Shown: positions 24,607 through 36,082, counted from the whole stretch's first letter. The stretch: 62,798 nt of DNA, filler included, from Chiloscyllium plagiosum (GCF_004010195.1; 4 parts of one record of this genome joined end to end with filler, not necessarily neighbours in it), one strand, 5' to 3'. The notes: generated by a model not told the origin, from the sequence alone. Numbers and translations are program-made.

Positions 24607-25438
24607 TGAAAAATGAGATTCTCAATATCAAAGAAAAATAGTCCAATTTTCTGCTTAAGCTTTCAACAGCTAGATGAGAATCTCACTAATAAGTGGTGAT
24701 GGAGAGTTATTTGCATGTATTAACATCTCATTATCACTGAATCCTACCTTATTTGTGTGCAAGTTGCTATTTTCCCCATTACCAGAGAGAAACAAGATGG
24801 CACCAATTCCTGACTTGAAAGCCAGTATGCTAACTGGGCAGCTGCAGCTCACTGGTGTCTTCTCAGGACATCCATCTTAGTCCATAGTCCCCAACATTTC
24901 AGGATATTTTACACGGGCACCTGAAAACCACCTGAACCGTCCATCGAGTGAGGTTGGCATCAGCAAAACACAAATCTCACCACACATCATGATGCATCTC
25001 AGACTAACTTATTGTACAATTCAGCACTTCACAATACTGCATTTTGGAGCTCACCAACACCTTACATTGTTATATGGGTGTCAGGCTGCTTTGCACATTG
25101 GAATAGGCATTTAGCTCATGCGTCAGAACAGAGAGCAACTTAGGGCTCTGAGCTTGTTTTTCTAATACTCATTTACTTTATGCTACCCTGTAAACTCACA
25201 GCACGAAAATATGGGAAGTAAACATGTGGCTAACAGATTGATGTAGGAAAGAGGGGTTCCTTTTCATGGGGAACTGGTATCAGTATTGTAATGGGGGGAT
25301 CTGTACTACTGTCTCCACCTGAACCAACCTCAGACCAGTGTTCTAGCAAAAAGGGTAAATAGGCTGGTCAATAGGACTTTAAAGTAGAAAGTTGGGGGGG
25401 GGTGTAAAACTTCTCCCAGTGGGAAACAAACCAGCAGG

Positions 25439-26201
25439 CAGCATCTGAGGAGCAGCAAAATCGACGTTTCGGGCAAAAGCCCTTCATCAACGCATCTCGT
25501 CCACATCCCGCACCTCCGCTCTCAGACCCCACCCCTCCAACTGTAACAAGGACAGAACGCCCCTGGTGCTCACCTTCCACCCTACCAACCTTCGCATAAA
25601 CCAAATCATCCACCGACATTTCCGCCACCTCCAAAAAGACCCCACCACCAGGGATATATTTCCCTCCCCACCCCTTTCCGCCTTCCGCAAAGACCGTTCC
25701 CTCCGTGACTACCTGGTCAGGTCCACGCCCCCCCCACGACCCACCCTCCCATCCTGGCACTTTCCCCTGCCACCGCAGGAACTGTAAAACCTGTGCCCAC
25801 ACCTCCTCCCTCACCTCTATCCAAGGCCCTAAAGGAGCCTTCCACATCCATCAAAGTTTTACCTGCACATCCACCAATATCATTTATTGTATCCGTTGCT
25901 CACGATGCGGTCTCCTCTACATTGGGGAGACTAGGCGCCTCCTAGCAGAGCGCTTTAGGGAACACCTCCGAGACACCCGCACCAATCAACAAAATCGCCC
26001 TGTGGCCCAACATTTCAACTCCCCCTCCCCCCTCTAGCTTATCTCTCCACGCTTCAGGCTCTCTGCCTTTATTTCTGATGAAGGGCTTTTGCCCGAAACG
26101 TCGATTTTGCTGCTCCTCGGATGCTGCCTGAACTGTTGTGCTCTTCCAGCACCACTAATCCAAAATCTGGTTTCCAGCATCTGCAGTCATTGATTTTACC
26201 T
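25439..26201 (+). mobile_element. 5'-truncated Penelope-like element (Neptune-like) with GIY-YIG remnant, 3' pLTR and inverted 5' pLTR piece
   Basis: PCHRRNCKTC (Cys linker), NIIYCIRCSRCGLLYIGETRRLLAERFREH (GIY-YIG). Perfect 14-bp TSD aacaaaccagcagg at 25425-25438 and 26202-26215. Confidence 0.92.
26072..26105 (+). ncRNA. Minimal hammerhead ribozyme motif in pLTR
   Basis: CTGATGA-A-GGGC-TTTT-GCCC-GAAA-CGTC at 26075-26102. All core nucleotides are present; helix I is weak. Confidence 0.7.
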
Positions 26202-28504
26202 AACAAACCAGCAGGTTAACATCTGTTTTGATGGATTCACCTTCGTGGAAAAATATGAAAGAAATGACAGGGAAGGAGAACTCAGGTGAGCTTGTGTCTT
26301 TAGCACAGACACAAATAGGACAGAGTATTTGGAAAGTGTCAGCAATCAAACTTCAAATACACTGGAACAAATGAATGACAATGAGAAGAGGGACAGTTAA
26401 TACAGGACTGAAGGTGTTATACCTGAATGCTCGCAGTATATGGAATAAGGTAAATGAGCTTGTGGCACAGATTGAAATGGGCAGGTATGACGTGGTGGGC
26501 ATCACAGAGACGTGGCTGCAAGGGGATTAGGATATGAATATCCGAGGATATGCATCCTGTTGAAAACATAGGATTGCCTTATTAGTAAGAAATGAAATTA
26601 AATCATAGTAAGAAATGATGTAGGGTCAGATAGTGTAGAATCTGTGTGGGTAGAGTTGAGGAACTGCAAAGGTAAAAAAAAACCATAGTAGGAGTTATGT
26701 ACAGGCCTCCAAACAGTGGTCAGGAGCTGGTGTGCAAGATACACCAGGAGATAGAAATGGTATGTAAGAAAGGCAAAGTTACAGTGATCATGGGGAATTT
26801 CAATGCGCAGGTGGACTGGGAAAATCAGGTTGGTAATGGATTGCAAAAAAAGGAATTTGTGGAATGTCTATGAGATGGCCTTTTGGAGCAGCTTGTGGTG
26901 GAGCCCAATAGGGAACAGGCAATACTGGATTTAGTGTTGTATAATGAGGTAGACTTGATAAGGGAACTTAAGGTGAAGGAACCCATAGGAGGTAGTGATC
27001 ATAATATGATTGAATTTATTCTGTAATTTGAGAGGGAGAAGATAGAATCAGAGGTAACAGTATTACAGCTGAAATACACAGCTACAGAGGCATGAGGGAG
27101 GAGCTGGGTAGAATTGACTGGGAGAGGAGCCTAGCGGGAAAGACAGTGGAACAACAATGGCAGGAGTTTCTGGGAATAATTCAGGAGACACAGCAGGGAT
27201 TCATCCTGAAGAAAATGAAGCATCGTACAAGGAGGATGAGGCAACCATGGCTGACTAGGGATGTCAGGGATAGCATAAAAGGAAAAGATAAATCATATAA
27301 TGTGGTGAAGGGCAGTGGGAAACCAGAAGATTGGGAAGCTTACAAAGACCAACAGAGGAAACAAGAAAAGGACAGAGAAGATTACATATGATGGTAAGGT
27401 AGCTAGTAATATAAAGAAAGACTGTAAGAGTTTCTTTAGATATATAAAGGGCAAAAGAGAGGTAAAAGGGGACATTTGACTGCTGGAAAATCACGCTGGA
27501 AAGACAGTAGTGGGGAACAAGGAAATGGCAGAGGAACTGAATAATTACTTCACATCAATCTTTATAGTGGAAGACACGAGTAATATCTCAAAAGTTCAAG
27601 AGAAACAGGGGGCAGAGTTGAGGATAGTGGCCATCACCAAGGAGAAGGTGCTAGAAAACCAAACGGCCTGAAGGTGGAGAAATCACCTAGACCAGAGTTC
27701 TAAAGGAGATAGCTGAAGAGATAGTGGAGACATTAGCGGTGATCTTTCAGGAATCACTGGAGTCAAGAAGGGTCCCAGAGGATTGGAAAATCGCTAACGT
27801 GACAACCCTGTTTAAAAAGGGAGTAAGGCAAAAAACGGAAAATTATAGACCGATTAGTCTAACCTTGGTCGTGGGTAAAATCCTGGAATCCATTGTGAAG
27901 AATGAGATCTCTGAACACTTGGAAGTGCATGATTTTATCAAGGGGAGGTCATACCTAACAAATCTGCTCAAATTCCTTGAGGTATTAACGAGCAGGTTAG
28001 ACCAAGGAGAGCCAATGGATGTTATCTACCTGGACTTTGACAAGGTACCGCATAGGGGGCTGCTGAGTAAGATAATGTTAGATGTGTTAGAGCCAAGGTA
28101 CTAGCATGGAAAGAAGCTTGGCTGTCTGGCAGAAAGCAGAGAGTGGGGATAAAAGGGTCCTTCTCAGGATGGCAGCTGATGATAAGTGGTGTTCCGCAAG
28201 GCTCAGTATTGGGATCACAGCTTTATATTTTATACATTAACGAACTAGATGAAGGAACTGAGGGCTTTCTAGCTAAGTTTGTAGATGATACAAAGATAGG
28301 TAGAGGGACAGGCAGTATTGAGGAGGGGGGGAGGCTGCAGAAGGCTTTGGACAGGTTGGGAGAGTGGACAAAGAATTGGCAGATGGAGTACAACGTGGGA
28401 AAGTGTGAGGTCATGCACTTTGGTGGGAAGAATAGAAGCAGGGACTATTTTCTAAATGGGGAGAAAATTCAGAAGTCTGAAATGCAAAGAGACTTGGGAA
28501 GTGG

Positions 28505-29740
28505 AACATAGAGCATTACAGCGCAGTACAGGCCCTTAGGCCTTCGATGTTGCACTGACCTGTGAAACAAATCTAAAGCCCATCTAACCTACACCATTCC
28601 ATTATCATCCATATGTATATCTAATGACCATTTAAATGCCCTTAAAGTTAGCGAGTCTACTACTGTTGCCGACAGGGATCCCACTCCCCTACTACTTTCT
28701 GAGTAAAGAACCTACCACTGACATTTGTCCTATATCTATCACCCTTCAATTTAAAGCTCTGTCTGCTCGTGCTAGCCATCACCATCTGAGGAAAAAGGGT
28801 CTCACTGTCAACCCTATCTAATCCTGGAATCATCTTATATGCCTCTATTCAATCACCTCTTAACCTTTCTCTCTCTAACAAAAACAGCCTCAAGTCCCTT
28901 AGCCTCCTTGGTCCACTTGACAAGAGATTCAACTTCTTTAGTAACCCACGGTTCCCTCACTCGACCATTTCCTCTCTGCCTGACAGGTTCATACTTATCA
29001 AGGACACACAGTAGCTGTTCCTTGAACAAGCTCTACATTTCAATTGTGCCCATCCTCTGCAGTTTTCTTCCCCATCCTATACATCCTACATCTTGCCTAA
29101 CCGCATCGTAATTATCTTTCCCCCAACTATAACTTTTGCACTGCAGTATATATACCTATCTTTTTCCAGCGCTAAAGTAAACATAACTGAATTGTGGTCA
29201 CCATCAATAAAGTGCTCACTTACCTCCAAATCTAACACCTGGCCAGGTTCATTACCCAGTACCAAATCCAATTGGCCTCCCCTTTTGTTGGTCTATCTAC
29301 ATACTGTGTCAGGAAGCCCTCCTGCACATATCGAACAAAAACTAACCCATCTAAAGTACTTGAACGATAGTGTTTCCAGTCAATATTTGGAAAGTTAAAG
29401 ATCCCCATAACAACTACCCTGTTACTTTCACTCCTATCCAGAAACATCTTTGCAATCCTTTCCTCTACATCTCTGGAACTATTCAGAGGCCTTAGAAAAC
29501 TCCCAACTGGGTGACCTCACCTTTTCTGTTTCTAACCTCAGCCCATACTACCTCAGAAGATGAGTCTTCAAACGTCCTCCCCCTCTTATACCACCTGCCC
29601 TCATCTTACTGAAACAGCTAAATGCCGGATCCTGCAACAACCATTCCTGTCCCTTCTCTATCCATGTCTCCAAAATGGCCACAACATCAAAGTCCCAGGT
29701 ACCAACCCATGTTGTAAGTTCACCCAGCTTAATCTGGATG
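28505..29740 (-). mobile_element. CR1 LINE with large internal deletion (APE joined to 3' end)
   Basis: WDFDVVAILETW, FNFPNIDW and DLVLGNEPGQV..GDHN, then a jump to the CR1 C-terminus and tail at ~28905. Confidence 0.85.
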
Positions 29741-29783
29741 TTCCTTTGGGTGTAGGTTTGCTCGCTGAGCTGTAGGTTTGATA

Positions 29784-29976
29784 CTGGATTATTGGTGCTG
29801 GAAGAGCACAGCAGTTCAGGCAGCATCCAAGGAGCTTCAAAATCGACGTTTCGGGCAAAAGCCCTTCATCAGGAATGAAGGCCATTCCTGATGAAGGGCT
29901 TTTGCCCGAAATGTCGATTTCGAAGCTCCTTGGATGCTGCCTGAACTGCTGTGCTCTTCCAGCACCACTAATCCAG
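29784..29976. mobile_element. Palindromic PLE pLTR pair ending at an assembly gap
   Basis: Near-identical ~94-bp arms (29784-29877 and 29883-29976). Hammerhead cores at 29845-29872 (minus) and 29888-29915 (plus). Confidence 0.85.
29835..29880 (-). ncRNA. Minimal type I hammerhead ribozyme motif with intact core
   Basis: cttcattc CTGATGA A GGGC TTTT GCCC GAAA CGTC gattttgaag. Helix I: UC/GA, an internal loop, then CUUCA/UGAAG. Loop-less palindromic helix III (ACGU). Confidence 0.72.
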
Positions 29977-30076
29977 NNNNNNNNNNNNNNNNNNNNNNNN
30001 NNNNNNNNNNNNNNNNNNNNTTAATTAATTAANNNNNNNNNNNNNNNNNNNNNNNNNNNNNNNNNNNNNNNNNNNN
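29977..30076. other. Assembly gap with artificial linker
   Basis: 44 N + TTAATTAATTAA (30021-30032) + 44 N. Confidence 0.97.
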
Positions 30077-30226
30077 CTCTCTCTCCCTCTCTCTCCTCTC
30101 CCCCCCAATTCCCCTGGTTTCCCCAGCTTTCCCTTCCCTCTTCTTCCTTCTTTATTTTCTGGCCGCGTTCCATTTAAAATAACCTATCCCAGTGTTTCCC
30201 TCTTTCCGTCCACTCTACAAGGATAC

Positions 30227-30295
30227 AAAATAAACCGCCATAAAAATTAGTGCACAGCAATCAACCAGCGACAGGATGAAAACCAACGCCTCCAT
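30227..30295 (-). CDS. CNIH4: Cornichon homolog 4, first coding exon (23 codons)
   Basis: MEALVFILSLVDCCALIFMAVYF matches the CNIH4 N-terminus (human MEAVVFVFSLLDCCALIFLSVYF). Strong Kozak aagATGg; phase-0 donor GTATCCTT. Confidence 0.93.
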
Positions 30296-30430
30296 CTTCA
30301 CTTCCGCTTGTAGTTCGGGGGAGCGAGAACCGTGTGACACTCGAGCAGACGGTAATGTCTGTGACGCCGCAAGTGCTTCGCCCCTCACTTCCCCCGAATC
30401 ACTTCCGCCCCGCTCGCTGTGCAGCAACAA
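30296..30430 (-). promoter_or_regulatory. CpG-rich housekeeping-type promoter and 5' UTR of CNIH4
   Basis: Local CpG enrichment; two ETS-type GCGGAAGTG motifs on minus (~30299-30308, ~30400-30408); GC-box-like ccgccc; CRE-like half site tgacg. Confidence 0.65.
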
Positions 30431-30814
30431 TAAATCACCCAGAGTTGCACAAGCAAGGTTCCAGGATACCTAACAGCTGGATTATCTGAGTGGTGTATTT
30501 TATACAGTCTGTCTGTTCTGATGAAAAGTCCTCGAGCTGAAACCTCAGCAAGTTAATTTATCTCTTCACAAATGCTGCAAAATATTCCCAGCATTTTCTG
30601 TTGTTATTTTAAATCCAATCTGTTGTGGGATATATACATTGCAAAACTGGCTATTTGACCCAATCAATAAAACTATTCTCTGACTGTTAAGTGGGATCAT
30701 CTAGGAGAGATAGTTTTACCAAAAACAAAGTCAGAAGTCACACGACGCCAGGTTATAGTCCAACATGTCTATTTTAAATCACAAGCTTTCAGAACACTGC
30801 TGTTTCATCAGATG

Positions 30815-32790
30815 ATGGGCAAGCTGAGGAACAGGATTTATATGTATTTGGAAAGGCAAGGACTGATTAGAGATAGTCAACACAGATTTCTACGTGGGAA
30901 ATCATGTCTCGCTAACTTGATTGCATTTTTGAAGAAGTAACAAAGAGGATTGATGAGGACAGGGCTGTGGATGTGGTTTACATGGACTTCAGTAAGGCAT
31001 TTGACAGGGTTCCTCATGTTACACCGGTTAGCAAGCTTAGCTGACGCGAAAAGTGAAGGTGTAGTGGACAGTGAAGAAGGTTTCCTCAGTACAACAGCAT
31101 CTTGATCAGATGAGCCAATGGGCTGAGGAGTGGTCGGTGGAGTTTAATTTAGATAAACATGAGGTGCTGTATTTTGGAAAGGCAAATCAGAGCAGGATTT
31201 ATACACTTAATGGTAAGGTCCTGGGGAGTGTTGCTGAACAAAGAGACGTTGGAGTGCAGGTTCGTATGTCATCTAGTCACAGTAGATAGGATAGTGAAGA
31301 AGGTGTCGAGATTGTGGTGCTGGAAAAGCACAGCAGGTCAGGCAGCATCCGAGTAGCAGGAGAATCGACATTTCGGGCATTGGGCCCCTCGTCAAGAATG
31401 AGACTTGTGGGCTGAGGTCTGAGAGCAGGTCAAGAAGGTGTTGCTGAGTTGGAGGCTTGGGACTGGGATAATGTGGGGAGAGGGGAAATGAGGAAATGTG
31501 TGAAATCCACATTGATCCTGTGTGGTTGCAGGGTCCCAAGGTAGAATATGAGGCGTTCTTCCACCGGGCATCGGGTGACAAGGAGTTGGAGAGTTGGGTG
31601 GCAATGGGGGAGACCCAGGACCTGCATGTCCTTGATAGGGTGGGAGGGGGAGTTGAAGTGTTCAGCCACGGGGCGTTGGGGTAGGTTTCCCAGAGATGTT
31701 CTCTGAAACGATCCAAAAGTTGGCGTCCTGTCTCCCCAATGTAGAGAAGACCACATCGGGTGCAATGGATACAGTAGATGACATTGGTGGAGGTACAGGT
31801 AAATTTTTGTCAGATGTGGAAGGATCCTTTGAGGCCTTGGACGGAGGTGAAGGGGGAGGTCTGGGCGCAGGTTTTGCACTTCCTGCGATGGCAGGGGAAA
31901 ATGCCAGGAGTGGGATGTGGACTGGTGTGTGTATGTGTGTGTGTGGCAGCGTGAATCTGATGAGGGAGTCGTGGAGGGACTGGTCTCTCCGGAACACTGT
32001 TAGGGTTGGGGAGGGAAATACATCTCTGGTGGTGGGGTCTGTTTGTAGGTGGCAGACGTGACGGAGGATGTATACGGAGGTCGGTGGGATGGAAGGTGAG
32101 GACCAGGGGATTCTGTCCTTTTTGCGTTGGGAGGGGTGGGGTTCAAGGGCAGATGTGTGGAAAGTGGAGGAAATGTGTTGGAGGGCATTGTCGACCACAT
32201 GGGAAGGGGAACATTGAGTTGGGAGGTCATGTTGCAACCAACAGGGCATTGTTTAGGCCACTTTTGGAACACTGCCTTCAATTCTGGTCTCCCTACTAAA
32301 GGAAGGTTGTTATGAAACTTGATCGAATCAGAAAAGATTTACAAGGTTGTTGCCAGGATTGGAAGGTTTGAGCTATAGGGAGAGGCTGAATAGGCCTGGC
32401 TATTTTCCCTGGAGCATCGGAGGCTGAGGGTGGCCTTTAAGATAGTTATAAAATCATGATGGACATGGATAGGGTAAATAGACAAGGTGTTTTCCCTGGG
32501 ATGGGAGAGTCCAGAACTAGAGGGTGTAGGTTTAAGATGAGAGGAGAAAGATTTAAGTTGACCTAAAGGGCAACTTTTTCACACATAGAGTGGTGTGTGT
32601 ATGGAACAAGCTGCCAGAGGAAGTGGTGGAGGCTGGTACAATAACAACATTTGAAAGGCATCTGGATGGGTATCTGAATGGAAAAGGTTTAGAGGGACGT
32701 GGCCAAAGGCTGGCAAATGGGACTAGATTAATTTAGGATATCTAGTTGACAAGGACTGGTTGGATCATGCAGTACATCTCTATGACTCTA
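30815..32790 (+). mobile_element. CR1 (HER1-like) LINE RT to 3' tail, internally deleted, interrupted by a PLE
   Basis: LIRDSQHRF, DVVYMDFSKAFD, RPLLEHCLQFWSP; tail atctctatgactcta. Confidence 0.85.
31303..32205 (-). mobile_element. Penelope-like element fragment (GIY-YIG region and pLTR)
   Basis: HLQTDPTTRDVFPSP, DRFREHL, PVAEHFNSPSH, EERLIFYLGTLQPHRINVDF. Hammerhead variant TTGACGA-G-GGGC-ccaat-GCCC-GAAATGTC near 31366-31394. Confidence 0.85.
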
Positions 32791-33219
32791 GGTGACAAAG
32801 AAGCAGCGCTCCAAAATCTTGTGCTTTTAAATAAACGTGTTGTACTATAACCTGGTGTCATATTACTTCTGACTTTGTACAACATTGGCACCTCCACATC
32901 ATGGTAACCAAAAACAAGCAATTATTGGGATTCCAACAGAATGATTAACTCAGAACATGATCAAGGTCAAACTTTCTGGTACCACAGTTAGTTTTCACGT
33001 TCTCCAATATTTCAAGTGATTCCCAAACTTTTCTGGCCGGAAAAAATCCAGATTGTGCTGCTTTGAAAACTAAATCCCAGTGCATTCTCACCATGGTATG
33101 TGAATTGAATCACATGGACTGAAGGGGACAGGCAAAGCAGGATTGGAAAAATGAGCTGCTTAGAAAGAGGAGGTAGCTTGGGTTCAATTGAGGTTCAGTT
33201 TCACGATGAAGAATGTTCT

Positions 33220-33965
33220 GGACAAAAAACAGAAAATGCTGGAGATCACAGCAGGTCAGGCAGCATTCATGGAGAGAGAGAACAAGTTAATATTTCAAGT
33301 CTAGATGACTTAATCAGAGCTAACAAGGGGGGGGTCATTTACACAATAGTGGTCGGGAGGGATTGGCGTGCTGGAGGAGAAAAGATGTTGATAGTTCAGA
33401 TTAAGTGATCGGAATGTAAGAATGGCAGAGCAATGATGTGTCTAACTGTTAGACTGGAAAGAACAGACAGTCCCACTGGGGTGGGGAGGAACAGGGTAAG
33501 GGTGACAGAGAATGTGAATTCCATGTGGGGTAAATCTGAGTTATTGGCAGTCACTGTGAAAGGAAATATCTTTATGATAGTGAGTTTTGGCAAATACCTT
33601 GTTGAGCACCAGCAGTGAAATGGAAAGTAACGATGATGTGTATGGTGAATGAGACACTGGGAATTCCTTCAGCAGGAAGAGCAAAACCTCTTCAGGGTGG
33701 GAATTCTTCAAAGAGACTTGGAAGATGCCGAAATCTGAACTGGAATTTAATCTGAACTATCAACATCCTTTGACTCCCAGCACTCCAACCCTGTCCCTCC
33801 CACTATTGCATAAATGTCATCCCCTCCCCACTTCACTTCAGCTCTGAAGAAGAGCCATCTAGAAATGTTAGAATGCTCTGTCACCATGGATGCTACCTGA
33901 CCCACTGTGATCTTCAGCATTTTTTGTTTTCAGTTCAGATTCCACTATCTGCAGTAACTTGCTCC
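33220..33965. mobile_element. Decayed PLE with inverted terminal pLTRs (same family as 14475-15190)
   Basis: 33220-33500 is an inverted copy of ~33745-33935; degenerate agctctga.ga motifs at ~33313-33321 (minus) and ~33840-33851 (plus). Confidence 0.65.
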
Positions 33966-34614
33966 TACATAGTGTTCTGAATGGACAAGTCCAGAGATCT
34001 CTGAATGAAGAGTCACATAAAGCAAAACAAAAGGAGTGTGTGACAATGTGATAATCAAAGTTGAAACTTGGCTGAGAATAAGATGTTTGAGGTGAGAGTG
34101 GGACAAAGAGCTGCAAAGAAAATGTATGTGAAAAGAATGCAAGCCAACATAAAAGGAAATCCAAAAACCATAAGTTATATATAGTAAGAGAAGACATGGA
34201 GCTATTAGAGGCAGAGAACATGTGTGAAGAATGAATATTCTCTTGACTGAGGAAAAAATGTTACCCAAGCCATCATAATGGGGGAAGGAGTTGACAGGCT
34301 TGTACACTGAGGGGATGAGCTAATATCGTTAAAGTGGAGTTATTGGGAAGGCGAGATGTACATTAACATTACTAAGTTACGAGGGCTTCTGTGCTGTGGT
34401 TTTACCACAAGACCGAGGGAAGCAAGGAGACACATTGCAGATATAATTTCTGTAACCTTTGTGGCTCTGGGCGGTAGAGGGCTATTATAATTTTATATCC
34501 TCGTCAAAATAAAATGATGTTACGATAAGCCTAACAAATACAGAGCAATTAGTTCAACATTGGTGGGGAAAGAAATGGCAAACCAAGAGAAAATTAAGAG
34601 TCAGTCAGCATCAT

Positions 34615-34810
34615 TAAAAAACACAAGTAATGCTGGATAAACTCAACAACTCTGGCAGCATCTGTGGAGAGAAAACAGAGAATGTTTTGAGTCTGATTCG
34701 AAGGTAGAGTCACCCCAGACTCGAAATGTTCACTTTGTTTTCTCTTCACAAGATACGACCAGACCCCCTGAGGAATTCTGTGATTTTTTTTTCAGATTTG
34801 CTGTATTTTA
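34615..34810. mobile_element. Old palindromic pLTR remnant just upstream of the AARS2 promoter
   Basis: tgctggataaactca.ca..tctggcagcatctgtggagagaaaacagag.. with a decayed inverted arm; gagtc-accc.-gactc-GAAATGTT at ~34707-34730. Confidence 0.6.
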
Positions 34811-34949
34811 TTCACGGTCTATGATTTTTTTTTCAGTTTTGCTGTATCGTATTCACGGAAATTATGCAATTTAAAATATTTATTGTGTTGGTACATGGTG
34901 AAATCAGAACTCGAATTCAACCACATCATAAGCACAAACATTACTGTCT

Positions 34950-35113
34950 GGTTAACGTGGGGTTGACTCTCGGAGTAGTTGTTCCACGCATCCTCGGCGA
35001 GCGGCGCTAGTCCTGGAGGACCAGCGATGGACACTGAGTTTTTGAGGAAGATGGCCGCCCTTGTCACTCCGTTCACTCCTTGTTTCGGGGGCGGCGGGTT
35101 TCCACGATCAAAG
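34950..35113 (+). promoter_or_regulatory. CpG-island promoter and 5' UTR of AARS2
   Basis: CpG-rich from ~34955 to 35430. YY1-type AAGATGGCGGC overlaps the start codon (35111-35121); a second AAGATGGCCGC at 35048-35058. Confidence 0.65.
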
Positions 35114-35341
35114 ATGGCGGCGGTGCACCTGGTTTCTGCGCTGCGGAGGCGCGCGATCTGCCGTTGGGCCGCAGCGGGAGACCGGGCCCAGGCCCAGGAG
35201 TGCGGGCAGAATGCCCGACACGTCCGCCAGACCTTCCTCCGCTACTTCCGAGACAAGCAGCGGCACCGGGAGGTCCGCTCGGCCCCGGTCATCCCCAGGG
35301 GCGACCCCAGCCTCCTGCTGGTCAACGCGGGCATGAACCAG
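35114..35341 (+). CDS. AARS2: Mitochondrial alanyl-tRNA synthetase, exon 1 (targeting peptide and class II motif 1)
   Basis: [43 protein letters not shown]. Arg/Ala-rich presequence; 228 nt; phase-0 donor GTGGGC. Confidence 0.93.
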
Positions 35342-36082
35342 GTGGGCGGCGGGAGAGGGAGGAGGGTCAGGGGGGTGGGGGGACGGGGAGACAGCAGGCT
35401 CAGGGTGGGTGTAACAGCGAGGTTGTGGGGAACGAGGGAGAGCAGAGTGGTGTAGGAAAAGACGGTAAGATATAGGAGCAGAATTAGGCCACTTGGTCAT
35501 TTTCTCCTCTTAAAGTGGGTGCTAACACTTGCATTGCCTTTCCAACTGCTAACTGAACTTGCATATTAACCTGAAAAGAATTCTGAACTAGGATACCTAA
35601 TCCCAATGTGTTTCGGATTTCTGAAGCCTTTCCCTGTTTTGAAAATTATTCTTCGTATGAACGGGAATAATCTTATTTCGTATTTCATTTGCTGCTACTT
35701 AGAGTCATAGAGATGTACAGCACGGAAACAGACCCTTCGGTCCAACCCGTCCATGCCGACCAGATATCCCAACCCAGTCTAGTCCCACCTGCTAGCACCC
35801 GGTCCATATCCCTCCAAACTCTTCCTATTCATATACCCATCCAAATGCCCCTTAAATGTTGCAACTGTACCAGCCTCCACCACATCCTCTGGCAGCTCAT
35901 TCCATACACGTACCACCCTCTGCATGAAAAAGATGCCCCTTAGGTCTCTTTCCCCTCTCACTCTAAAGCTATGCCCTCTAGTTCTGGACTCCCTGACCCC
36001 AGGGAAAAAAACTTTGTCTATTTATCCTACCCATGCCCCTCATAATTTTGTAAACCTCTATAAGGTCACCCCTCAGCCTCCA

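Larger units (their letters stand above)
25215..28500 (+). mobile_element. CR1 LINE, end of ORF1 esterase plus decayed ORF2 (APE and RT)
   Basis: LKVLYLNARSI..VVGITETWL at ~26408, GNFNAQVDW, NYRPISLT and GVPQGSVLG..KFVDDTK. A PLE is nested at 25439-26201. Confidence 0.9.

Noticed and set aside
30021..30032. TTAATTAATTAA palindrome inside N runs (also 37570-37581 and 56990-57001)
   Set aside because: Identical 44N-12-44N layout three times, with stop codons in all six frames: an artificial gap linker, not biology.
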